Shown in pieces: positions 51,638-64,000 of a DNA stretch of 64,000 nt. The notes below the pieces were generated by a model that had not been told where the DNA came from, made no database searches, and saw only the letters and a program-made list of their open reading frames with translations. The translations under genes were made by a program, and so were the position numbers. Numbering within the stretch: the first letter of the stretch is position 1; each line of letters starts with the position of its first letter. This DNA comes from Felis catus (Eukaryota), in contig NC_058368.1 in NCBI RefSeq assembly GCF_018350175.1, positions 191,892,001-191,956,000 of the forward strand, read 5' to 3'.

Positions 51638-53363
51638 CTGAAATGCTCTCAGGGAAAAAAAAATGAGCGTGTTCCCAAATAAATTCCAGCCAGTGAAGGC
51701 TCGAAATGTATCAGCACCTTATTTTTCACCTCAGCACAAAGGTGAGCTCTCCACAGAGGTGAGCTCTCCAGAGAGAAATACTGACACAAAGATGTCAATC
51801 CAGCAGCCCTGGAAAGAAGTTTCTTCTTAGTCTGGGGCTCATTTTTTTTGATGGAGATATGGATTTGTTAGTTAGCCATTACAAAGGGAAAACCCAGATC
51901 CCTGTCCTTACACCAATCTGACTGCATCCAAGTCTCCCTCCTTCATGTGTTTCTCACCTTAGGGGGTTACTACAAGGATTGTCTGCTGATGTAGTATTAG
52001 AACAGTCAATATAATGACTTATAGATCACAAAATTCAACTACCATCAAGGGAACATAAACATATATTTGTAATCCTCCTCCATCCAACCGATTTATATGA
52101 TTAGCTCAGCCTATATTTTGTGGTCCTTTGAGCCAAGTGGGTCCTTCTTATAATTTGTTTTCTCCCCAACAATGGCAGTGTTCCTTTTCCTTCTGAGTAA
52201 ATACCTTTATTCTAGTATATACACACTCTCTCTCATGATACTTTGTCACATATGAGCACACATACATCACTCTTTGTCCTGTATAGGTCCTGCTTCTTCT
52301 TATGTCCCACCGCCAGCCAGAACAAGACCATAATTCCTTCAACTGGGATTGGGAGAGGTTTTACCCACCAAAGGCAAAGAATGGGCACAGAGATGCTCAA
52401 GATGAGGAAAGGTCTGCCCTCAAGATCCATTAAAGATAATAAAAACTTGGTTCTGCAAAAATTAATACCTGGTAGCACAACTCCTACTTACTGTACTCAA
52501 GAATCACTGTCTCCTTCTCCACCCTTGTGTTTAATTTTTAAACACCCTTTCTATTCTTAGCATACGTTGCCTTCCAATGCTAGTCTCCAGGAAAGAGAAA
52601 GAAAAACATATCCAGTCATACACATGCTCTTCCCCAAGCCAGAATGCTCTCACCCTTTTCTGGCTGACAAAATCCTCCTTACCCTTTTCTCACTCCTCTG
52701 TGAAAATGTGGACTTCCTTGGGAGACCTAGGCATTCCTCCCTAATGTTACTTCTGCACTCTGCTAGAGCAATTCTGTCCATGTTTCCCATTTGTGCCACA
52801 TGTCTACCTTTCCTCTGCATTGTGAGATCATTGTGGGACCCTTGCTTCTGATCTTGTTTTCTCCATCATTTAGTCCACTGTTGGGTATCTGGATATCATG
52901 TGATAAATGTTGTTGAATGACTGGATGGGTTAATCCTCATGATGATAGTTTGCCATTATGCCAGTTAAGAATCTTAAAACATGAAGGCTGAAAAGAACCA
53001 CATAGCTCTTATGGTTCAATTTCCTCTTTTCAAAGATGAGGCCTACAGAGAAGTGATATAATTAAGGCTACCTACTGAGAAGATCACATGGCCTACCACC
53101 ATTTAAAGTCACAGCCTCGTCCTCCTTCCACTAAACATTTTTTTTTCATTCATTCATGGAAGATATACTGAAAATATCCACTGTGACATGCCCTGCAGAT
53201 ACTACAGTGAAAAGGGCAGAGATGGATTTTCTTCACAAAGTTTACAGTCTTGGAGAAATACAGCTGAGTAATCAGGTAATTAGGCCAGGATTAGGAAGGG
53301 GCAACTAAGATGTTTCATTCAAATCAGAATCAAATCCTGGCTTTATTTAAAATATTGACATTT

Positions 53364-53576
53364 TGGGCTGAGTGGCTCAGTTGGTTGAGTGTCTGACTTC
53401 AGCTCAGGTCACGATCTCACGGTCTGTGGGTTTGAGCCCTGCGTCAGCCTCTGTGCTGTCAGTTCAGAGCCTGAAGCCTGCTTTGGATTCTGTGTCTCCC
53501 TCTCTCTCTCTGCCCCTCTCCCACTCATGCTCTGTCTCTGTCTCTGAAAAAATGAATAAATGTTTAAAAAAAATTT
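53364..53576 (+). mobile_element. Can-SINE
   Basis: SINE body; TSD aat(a/g)ttgacattt. Confidence 0.92.
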
Positions 53577-55529
53577 TAATGTTGACATTTCGTTCATGAA
53601 AGATTTTTGGTACTAATTTCAATTTTTTAAATGTTGCATTCAAATATGATTTATCTTGATTCTTGAGTTTTTTGGTGCCTCCCTACGTTTTGTTCCTGAG
53701 GCAAGTACCTCACTCACCTTGCTCTAGGTTCTGGCCTTGTCACTCACCAAGAATTAAAAAGAGTAAGGAAGCAAATGACCAAGCCTCCATGGCACACATC
53801 TTTAGACAAACCTTTATGATTTTGTGCAGTTTACAGTCTATTTCTGAATGGGAGGAGATTTCATACTTTGGAGCATGGACTCGTTAATTCATTGTCTAAT
53901 TGTTCAGACTACATATACTTCCCCACTTATAAAGTCATCTCTTAAAATGTGCCAATTTATTAGATTTTTGTGTTCATCAGCTAATTATGCAAAATCATTT
54001 CATTTTAAGTAAATTATCTTAACTGTTGGCAGTGTAGCTGATGAATATCCACCCTGATATTTGTTTCACAAAGAAGACACTACTGGGGTTGGTGTAAGAC
54101 ATTTTTACCAAGTAAAATAGAACTTTTGATCCTATTTTACTACCAATGCTATTTCTTTGAGGTCCGATGCTGTTTTTTATCAATGATGATGACAACATGT
54201 AAGAAAATGAAACTAAGCAAAAAGTAAATAAAAATTAAGAAAGAAAATGAAACTAAGCAACGTCAAGTTACTATAATGCATAGGAAATATTAACAAATAC
54301 CAAATGAAAACACACTGAATCTGTAGATCATGACTAGTGGCTTAAATCCCAACAGTAAACATGCCATGCTAAAGCTGCATACAGGTGTCCCCTGTTTCTA
54401 AACTGACTCTTTGATACAGAAGCTAGAGCTAAAGGCATAATGCCAGATTTACCTGTCTATGCTAGCGCCATCACTGGCCTGCAGAATTACCCTGGGCAAG
54501 CAATCTGACCTCTCCATGTGTCAATCACACAGCTAGGCAGCTGTTACACAGCTACCTTCCTAGGAACTTGTTGGAAAGAAGAGTCTATAACCCCTCTCCC
54601 CTGGCCAAAAAAAAAAAAAAGAAGAAGAAAGAAGAAAAAGACTTTCTTAAAAAGGACTGAAAGTATCAGGCTGAAGAACTTAAAGAGGACCCATCTGCAC
54701 CCATCTTGCAGGTTGGAGGATACTACTGCATGATCAACCTTCAACACAACAGAGAATTTAAAGGCGATTTAAAGCAGTTGACCCACATCAATATTAAAAT
54801 AATTTTTTGAAAAATTCAAGTAAGAAAATAAAACTTGTTTTTATGTTAATGGTGTTAATGGTTGATCTCATTTCATGTGTTAAACCTCATGGGAGAGTGG
54901 CATTAATTCTTTGTCAAAACGATGCCCATGTGAAAATATCAGCAATCCAGCTACTGGCTGTAAGACATTAGACAAGTTATTTAAGCATCTGTGTCTGTTT
55001 CATCTCATAGCACCACCAATCTTGCTGTTTTCTTTCCTGAGGATTTAAGATCATGCCCATGAAAAGCACCAAGAACAGTGCCAGGTACATCGGAAGCACA
55101 GAGTAAATTTGAGTGAGGATGAAGAGGAGAAAGAAGAGCAAAAGCCAGCATGACTAGATGTTTGAATGAATAATGGGTATTTATACACTCCAAGTACTAT
55201 ATGCTAAAGAAAAGGAAAAAAGAACAAGAAAGAAATAAGGGAAGGATAAAGACACCAAGAAAAATATATGCTCCCCTATCCTTGGCGATCAGGCCATTTA
55301 TTTGTGCTTCTAAATCCCTATGTATCTTAACCCCTGGTCGCTTCTCCTTACACACAAAATGGCTATTCAGACACACTGCCTTTTAATCCCAGTCTCAAGA
55401 CTGCAATGCAGATGTCATTATTTTCAATTTGTCCTCCTATTCCATGTCAACCCATCCATAAACCAAGTTAAGTTTTTCCCTCCTCTATCAGCTGTTCATA
55501 AAGGGTATAAGCTGAGGGGTATAAGCTGA

Positions 55530-57400
55530 GATTGAGGTTCCAGTGCAGCAGTGGTGGATGACAGTGATTTCTGATCTACCTGTGTATGAACCCTGCTTGT
55601 ACCCTCTAGTCCTACTTGAGCTCAATCCCAAATATACCACTTCTATCTTATGTCGTCTTCCTGGGCCCTCTCAACCTTAATATTTTTTGATAAGTTTGGC
55701 AGCTCAAGATGGGCAGTTTCAGACACATAGTATCTTGGTATAACCCATGTTGCTTTATCTCTACCAGGGTGCAGGAACATGGCAGGAACAGTTTTTTAGA
55801 AGGTGTGTAAAGTTGTGTCACTCTGGCTCTCCAAGGAGCCTGTGTTTTGCCTCTCCCACCGTAACTTGTTGTAAGTTTGACATGACAGCTTTTTCCATGC
55901 CTCTAATACCCTAGGGTCTTCGGGTTATCCGGCCCAAATAATAGATTGCTTACACGATGCTCTGGTTCTGCTACAGAGCCTTTTCCTGCTCTGGGCCCCA
56001 CTCAAAACTGACAGCATTTTGCATCATTTCATATATGGGTTGGAGAAATTTCTCTGGTGTGGGAGAGGTTGCTTTCCTCCAAGAGACCTGCTTGATATTT
56101 AGTTTCTTTCCAAGTGGTGGGAAGTGCTAGATAAAATAATTTTTCTTTTCCTTTGAAAGTAATGGCCTAGGTTGGTCTGACTGACTACTAGACTCTTAAA
56201 TATTCTACTGACGTGAAGTTTTCAGAATCTTTATAGGGTTTATCATCCATTCTGCAGAGAACATGTGTCTTACCAAAGCCTTTAGCATGCTAGCCACTTC
56301 TTATTTGTTGGGCTTTATTAGCACAATAAAACCAGTACAGTAGATTAACGTGATGTTCTGCCTGATGTCCAAATGTTCCGGATATCTTCAGAGGACATGA
56401 GAGCTAATACAGCTCTGAGACAAAACTGAAGATGCATATTGCTGACCACTGCATGTGAATCTAAACTCTTTTTTTTATTGGAATAAAAAATAATGCATTT
56501 GCCAAATCAATGGCCACATGTTGAGGTTATGTTGATCTACTCTGGAAGAGATACCACATCTGGAACAACAACCACCGTTAGGTCTTCTACATGGTGATTG
56601 CATGAAGATTTTTTTAATTATCCAGGGTGCACGGGGTACCTACCTAACTAAGTAGGTTCATTCCAATTTTGCATTCGGAGAGAAGGGAATAAACCACCAG
56701 GTGGGCTCATTAGCCAAACAGATCTGCTGTAAACTGGACCTTGGCCAGGAATCCATTTGTTACCTGCATCTCACATACCTCCACTCCGACAGTCTCATGT
56801 TATTCTCCAGATATCACTGTCAAGTCAAGTACTATATATAAAGGTCCTCAGAAAGTTTGGCATTCCCCTTTCACCAGTGCATAGTTACCGGAGGAAGAGG
56901 CCGAAAGTCTCTTCTGGGTAAAGACTGGGGGAATCATTCCCAAGTATACTTGCCAAGGTGTTCCAGGGTCCTTTCTCCCAGAAACCCAGGCTTCTCTTCC
57001 ATTAATGGGCTCTCAATCTAAAAAAAAAACTCAATCAAATCTGAAAAACAAATGATCAAGACTTTTTTACTGAGGCATCTGTCCTTAGATACCTGAGATT
57101 TCTTGTAATGATATCTTGTTGACTGAAGAGTATACATGTTGGTAGACCATCTAATTTAACTCCAGGGACTCCGTATTCCACTAACCATATCCTGTGTATC
57201 AGGCCTCTGTATTGCCACTCTGACCCTGCCACTCTTTATGATAGCTGCATCCCCCTCACTTCTGACAGATGCACTACACCACCTGGCTTCTATTTTTCAG
57301 GGCCCTAGTATTCCCATGGCTATGAGGGAGCCTAATTCTATAACATCATGTTGCACAATCAGACTTGGCTTTAGAAAAAGACCATCTTCATCCCTATCAT
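55530..57400 (-). mobile_element. ERVL/MaLR internal sequence remnant
   Basis: Minus-strand LVVYSLLSECKIGMNLLS (~56650-56700) resembles the ERVL motif PVVISPVPECIIGIDILS. Confidence 0.6.
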
Positions 57401-59671
57401 AACCTCAGCTACTATGCTGTGGCTAAGAATTCATCCGGAGAGGTAGGAAACCGGAGAAAGTATTTTTCTGTGTAAAAAAGTCAGTAGGATTTTATGGCAT
57501 TCTTTGCTCCCCCCATTCTCCCTTATTACCTAGCTGCCCCAAGAGAGATTAATATTTAATGGCTTTATCTACTTTATTAGGGAGTAAGAAAGGCCCTCAT
57601 GTGAGATCTGGAGAACCCATGGACCAAAGTTAAATTCTTAACTAAGCTACCTAGAGTTTTTGGCTATGAACCCACTGGCACTGAGATCGAGCTGTCCATC
57701 CACAAAGGGCAGGGGAAAAATACACATAAGAGTGTTCTCTTGGGTACCAGACATTTACACAGAGGAGAGAGAGTAAGAACCTACCTTCAGCTTTCTCCAA
57801 ATTCTGGCCTCAAGTGCTGACTGAGATGATAGTAGAGAACAGGGTCGATCACATATTCCCAGGGAATGATGGAGGAGATACAAAAGGTCAGAAAAAAAAA
57901 AAAAGCATCATCTGCTTCACAGAAAAAACAAACTATCTATTCCATTATGCAGAGCCACTGAAGAACCTACCACTGGCTCCTAAGAAAAGCTATCGGCTAT
58001 GATTGCTCACTAAGCCCAAGTGAAAGTCAATTTTAAACATTCGTCAAGGGCAAAAGATAGAAGAAACTAATGCCAATCTTCTAAGTGTTTTCTTGTCCTT
58101 TACTACCTCTCTACCCTTACCTCCACTGGACTAGCTAGGGAGAGATCCATTGGTTAGTGAGAGGGTAAGTGAAAGGTTCAGAGTGGCGACAAGGTGGAGA
58201 AATAGAAGCCTACAGGCCCCCACGCTCACCTTTCCTGCTGGAAGTGGCCAGGCCAGCCCAAGCTAGCACTGAGGGAGGGGAGAAAAGTTGACTTTGAAGT
58301 TCCAAGCCCTTCCTATTCCATGGGACAAGACCTACTAATCTTAGAACTGAGACTTCTTGGTTACCTAAAAGGTCTAGTGACTTTTTTATAATCTAAGAGC
58401 ATGAAGATAAGCTACAGAACCTGCCTGATCACACTCGGGGGCCTGGAATGATCTATCGGCACTGGATTATGTGCACACTAGAGCAAAAGAAGGTGAACAC
58501 TAGGAGAGTGTGTGCAGAATAAAGTTGTTTTTTGACTGTGCTTTGTGAGTTCCACTCATTTAACATATCAATTACATATAGCTTAACATTTTTATTTCTT
58601 AAAATTAACTTTAGAGGAAATGTATTTTGTAGCTGTTATCTTGAGCTCGCTACAACTGTTTCTTTCTATCTTCTGGGAGGGAGACCTTCAATTACTGGGA
58701 AACGTTTATTGATTTCTTCCTCTAGGATATGGAGTGGATTTTCAGCTGTGTGAGACCACCGTTGTCTGGTGTTATTTTTTTTTCTTGCAGCTGCTTTTGA
58801 AAAAAACAAATTCTATTGAATTGTATACTTTATACATCTCAGAGCTCTGGGTTTATTATCCATCAAACACTGTGTAACTTGTTTTGAAATATTTCCCATA
58901 GCTTTTTCGTGGGCTTTCCAGTCCTGGGAGGGAAAACAGCATGAAGTTCTGGAGTTTTCAATTCCCCCTTCTAATGTGTAGGTAACAGAGACAGGATGAC
59001 TTTGATAAAACATGATGACTCTTTTATGTCATAATAAAATTGTTAAGTCTTTACAGAAATCCTCACACTAGGGGCTTTTTCCTCCCTAATAATAGAAGAG
59101 CAGATAAATAAAGCCATTAAACAAGCTTCCTCTTTGTGCACCAAGAGCTGAAAAGCCTCAGGGATGATGGGAGGGGAGGAGTAGAGGACGATGCAGACTT
59201 CTTTAGGACAGCTAGATTTCATTACCTCTATTTTACCCAAGAGTCAATTAATGGAGAGGTGAACCAACTTAACCCCTTTTTTATCCCAGTACACAATGCA
59301 AGGCCTGCACACAGTAAATGCTCAGTATCCACTTGTTCAGTAAACGACGGCTCTAATTATAGAACTGGTACCAAGATACCAGCAAGAGTACCAGAGTGCT
59401 ACATCGGTCATGCTGAGCAAAACCAGAAAGTTAAAATAATCTTTCTAAATCATTACATCACAGTCCCTAAAACATGTTTTTTTCATAACATTTATTGTAT
59501 GAAATTCTCTTGCTCATTTTATATTTCATATGTATCATTTCATATCATACAGACATACACCTAGCTCAAAGGTTAGCATCTCCAGCAAGTACTGCCACCC
59601 ACACATGCACATACATTTCCTTTTCCTTTTATCTATATTGAATCCGTAGGAACAGTCTACCTAGCTAGCCA

Positions 59672-59751
59672 AACTTTTTTTTAAGTTTATATATTTATTT
59701 TTAGAGAGACAGAGACAGCAGGAGTGGGGGAGGGGTAAAGAGAGAAGGGGG

Positions 59752-59803
<52 letters not shown>

Positions 59804-59932
59804 ATATCCCAAGCAGTCTCTGCACTATCAGCACAAAGCCTGACTTGTGGCTCGAACTCATGAAACTGGGAGATTATGACCTGAGTTGAAATTGAGAGTC
59901 AGATACTTAATTGATTGAGCCACCAAGGCACC
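59672..59932 (-). mobile_element. Can-SINE with expanded (GA)n
   Basis: Antisense body; TSD ccaaactt. Confidence 0.9.
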
Positions 59933-61392
59933 CTACCAAACTTATCTTCTAATATTAACTCAGTTTCCCTAAAAACACAGATTCAAGGGCTGGGGTGGAG
60001 AGGTGGTCAAATGGATGTGAAGGACAGAAGTAGGACAGGGAAGTTGCTAAGCAAAGTATGTAATACCAAGTCTAGCCTTGGGTTGAGTATGTAGGTTGGG
60101 AGTTCTCTGAGGCATTCATCACATCAGAGAGTGTTTTCCCCTTGAAGCTATATCAGTCAGTCACTGGCTGTTCCTGGGAGACAGGTCAAGTCTCCAGAGA
60201 AGGTTCCACTAGCCACAACAGTTGCAGCTATGGGGGGATAGGTACACACACCAGAAGGGAAAAAGGATCTGTACAGAGCCAAAACAGTCTATGACCATTC
60301 TACATATACTATTAAATCTATAGGATCATCAAGTCTTTGAGAGCAGTTGCTGGTCTTGTTGATCTTTTAACTTTCTACATCCCTTAGCACAGGGCCTGGG
60401 GGAGCTGAGACCCACTCTTCCTCCTTCTCTCAGGCTGTTGGGGGGGGGGGGCAGGGAATCTTTGAGATACCAGTATAGTTTCCCATAGGAGCACATAGCC
60501 TCTGACAATTTTAGTTGCCCTGTGAAAATTCAGGAAACTGAGTTCCTCAGTGTACTGCACCAAGGAATGTTTGTGGCCCCAGAGCTGAATTCTCTTATCA
60601 CTCAACACTATAAGGAGTAAGGAATGAGTCAGACACCAGTGGTTTCAAATGGGAAATCTCAGCCCCTCTTGGTGAGCAGCCAACATAGTCTCAGCCATCT
60701 TCACTGGCCAGCTGGGGAGAGATTTATTCACAGGAAAATCCAAGACTTCCTGGAAAGCTTCTGTGTTCAGAAGCTTCCTGACTGGTTCTCTCCAACATTG
60801 CTCACAGGAGTATAAATGGGTAGAACCACTGTGGAAAGCATTTCAGCAACAATAAATAGAGCCAATGTTGACTAAATACTACTCTGTGCCAGAAACCATT
60901 CTAAGTGCATCACACATGGACTCATTTCATGTGCAGAACAACCCTATGAACTAGGTGTTACTATCATTCTTGTTTTCATATGAAGAGTTCTGAAAGTATA
61001 CCCTTTGATCCAGTAATTTAAATTTTAAGAATTCCTCCCTTAGGAAACAACATTTAATACAAAAGACCTTTACCCACAAAGAAATTCATCAAAGGGATAT
61101 TTATCATAGAAAAAAAAGGGAAGTATTTCATGTCCAAAGAAAGAGAAATACTAACTGAACAATAGAATTTTATGTAATCATTAAAAATCATGTGTATGAG
61201 GATTCATAATAAAAATGAACACAATCTTCCTAGTTTAAGTGGCATCAAAAAAGATGTTCTCCTCAGAATGATCACAACAATGCAAATTTAGAACCGTACA
61301 CAGGTTTTCTAGGTCAAAATGGCACACTGTATATGCAACATTTTTTTCACTGTAATAGCAAGTCTTGGTGGCCTTTAAAACCTCCTATTATA

Positions 61393-61475
61393 CTGAGGAG
61401 GGCACCTGTTTGGATGAGCACTGGGTGTTGTATAGAAACCAATTTGACAATAAATTTCATATTAAAAAAAAAAAA
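61393..61475 (+). mobile_element. Very short L1 3' tail insertion
   Basis: Matches the end of the 27158-27795 L1 3'UTR plus poly-A. Confidence 0.85.
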
Positions 61476-61498
61476 ACTCTTATAAAAAATAAAGTAGT

Positions 61499-64000
61499 GA
61501 GAGGCCAAGTTGGTGGAGCAGCATGGAAGATTTTTTGCATCTCTCATCCCTGAAGTGCAGCTAGATCAACACCAAACCATCTTGCACACCTAGAAAACTG
61601 ATCTGAGGTTTAATTCAACAATCTGTATAACTCTAACCACAGAACTTGGCAGGTATGCAGCATGGAGAGGTGAACCAAGGGAGGGAGAAGCCGCAGAAGG
61701 TAGGGAGCCATTTTTGCTTGCACAGAGATGATGGAGATGGGGGGAAAGTACAGGAAAATCACTCCCCCCAAAAGCAGCTGGAGAGAAAGAATGGAAACAC
61801 CTATAAGGGAATTAACAAGAAAGGGAGAAAGGAGAAATGAGAGGGTTTTGATACCATTAAGACTCTATGAACAGGGGAGTGCAGAGTCTGAAACTCCCCA
61901 GCTTGATAGCTGGTAGAGCTCTGGTGGGAAGAGTGAATCTCCAGGAGCAGACAGCCTGGGACAAGAGGTCCTGGAGTCACACGGGGAGAGATGGCTCCCC
62001 CTGCTTGGAGGACATGTGGTAGAGGCTGTGTGGCCTCCCCACAGGCAAAGGTCCCAGTGGACCCCAGAAGAACAGCCATGTTGCTGATGTTGGAATAAGA
62101 ACATTAGGGAAAGGTGAAGCCTGGCGCCAGATGTGTGTGGTGATTTACCAAAATCCCTGAAACACTGCTGCTACACAACAACATGCACTCTTTCTGGGAT
62201 AGGATGGCATCTGGCTGCAGTCTCTGGGCATCTACAGTGGTGTGGTCATAGAAACATTCCTGGGGGTGGGCCAGCCCCTGGCCATTGCTTGGCAAGACCC
62301 TCCCCCAGAGGGTCTGAGTCAAAGCCACAGGGCCCTCAGAAGTGAGGGGTTTGGAAATGCAACCCCATCTGAGATCAAACTCGAGATGGAGGTGTCCCCT
62401 GGAAGGCTGATGACTTGGTCACATATAGGGTAGAAGTGAGTAGTGGATGGAGGCCAGAGACAAAGGAGGAGTTCTTGATTCCAGGTGGTAAGAGCACAGA
62501 GTTCATGGATTGGAAGAACAAATATTGTTAAAATGTTGATAGTCCCCAAAGCAATCTACATATTCAATGCAATCCCTATCAAAATAACACAAGCCTTCTT
62601 CACAGAGCTAGAACCAACAGTCCTCAAATTTGTATGGAACCAGAAAAACTCCAAATAGCCAAAGCAATCTTGAAATAGAAAACTAAAGCTGGAGGCATCA
62701 CAATCCAGGACTTCAAGATGTATTACAAAGCTGTTATCAACAAGACAGTATGGCACTTAGATCAATGGAACAGAATAGAGAACCCAGAAATGGACCCACA
62801 AACATATGGCCAACTAATCTTTGACAAAGCAGGAAAGAATATCCAATGGAATAAAGAGTCTCTCCATCAAGTGGTGCTGGGAAAACTAGACAGTGACATA
62901 CAGAAGAATGAACCTGGACCACTTTCTTACACCATACACAAAAATAAACTCGAAATGGATGAAAGACCTAAATGTAAGACAGGAAGCCATCAAAATCCTC
63001 AAGGAAAAAGCAGGCAAAAACCTCTTTGACCTTGGCCTCACAAACTTCTTACTCAACATGTCTCTGGAGGCAAGGGAAACAAAAGCAAAAATGAACTCTT
63101 GGGACCTCATCAAAATAAAAAGCTTCTGCACAGTGAAAGAAACAATCTGCAAAACTAAAAGATAACCTACGAAATGGGAGAAGATATTTGCAAATGACAT
63201 ATCAGATAAAAGGTTAGTGTCCAAAATCTATAAAGAACTTAACAAACTCAACACCCAAAAAACTAATAATCCAGTGAAGAAATGGACAAAAGACATGAAA
63301 AGATACTTCTCCAAAGAAGAGTTCCAAATGGCTAAGAGACACATGAAAAAATGCTCAACATCACTCAACATCAGGGAAATACAAATTAAAACCACAATGA
63401 ACTACCACTGCACACCTGTCAGAATGGCTAATATTAACAACTTGGCAACAACAGATGATGGCAAAGATGCAGAGAAAGAGGATCTCTTTTGCACTGCTTC
63501 TGGGGATGCAAACTGGTACAGCCACTCTGGAAAACAGTACCGAAGTTCCTAAAAAAATTAAAAATAGAACTACCCTACAACCCAGCAATTGCACTACTGG
63601 GAATTTATCCAAGGGATACAGGTATGCTGTTTTGAAGAGGCACATGCACCCCAGTGTTTATAGCAGCACTATCAACAATAGCCAAAGTATGGAAAGAGTC
63701 CATCCAAATATCCATTGACAGATAAATGGATAAAGAAGATGTGGTGTGTATGTATACAATGGAGTATTACTCAGCAATCAAAAAAAAAATGAAATCTTGC
63801 CATTTGCAACAACATGGATGGAACTAGAGTGTATTATACTCAGTAAAATAAGTCAGAAAAAGACAAATATATGACTTCATTCATATGTGGAATTTAAGAT
63901 ACAAAACAGGGAAGCAAAGCAAAAAGATGCAAAAAAGGGAAGGGAAGCAAAAATAATATAAAAACAGAGAGGAAGACAAAACATAAGAGACTTTAAATAC
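61499..64000 (+). mobile_element. LINE-1 with 5'UTR fused directly to the distal part of ORF2 (large internal deletion); runs off the window
   Basis: 5'UTR homologous to 36664-37890, joined at ~62502 to sequence homologous to ~42092 onward. Confidence 0.9.

Noticed and set aside
51740..51772. 17-bp tandem duplication (and a similar 14-bp one at ~55502-55530)
   Set aside because: Two-copy slippage duplications with no array structure.
59136..59564. 142-aa plus-strand ORF
   Set aside because: Non-ATG start, no recognisable domain, and overlaps ancient repeat-like sequence.

Overview
Mammalian genomic DNA, almost certainly from a felid: it carries many cat-type tRNA-derived Can-SINEs and felid/carnivoran LINE-1 elements. 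No intact protein-coding gene is evident. Much of the window is transposable element: ~16 Can-SINEs, a full-length but dead L1 (36.7-43.7 kb) nested in an older L1, a 5'-inverted L1, an internally deleted L1, ERV/MaLR remnants, and MIR/L2/hAT relics. The main non-repeat signal is on the minus strand. About 20 exon-like segments, mostly bounded by AG/GT splice signals, run from ~51.6 kb (possibly ~59 kb) down to ~460. Their translations contain stops and frameshifts but match dynein heavy chain motifs in the correct colinear order: tail/linker, AAA1, AAA2, AAA3, AAA4, stalk/MTBD, AAA5. I interpret this as an old, intron-containing pseudogene of a divergent axonemal dynein heavy chain, with an L1 and an LTR inserted into two exons. 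I matched the motifs by eye against remembered consensus sequences, so the paralogue is not identified and exon limits are approximate.
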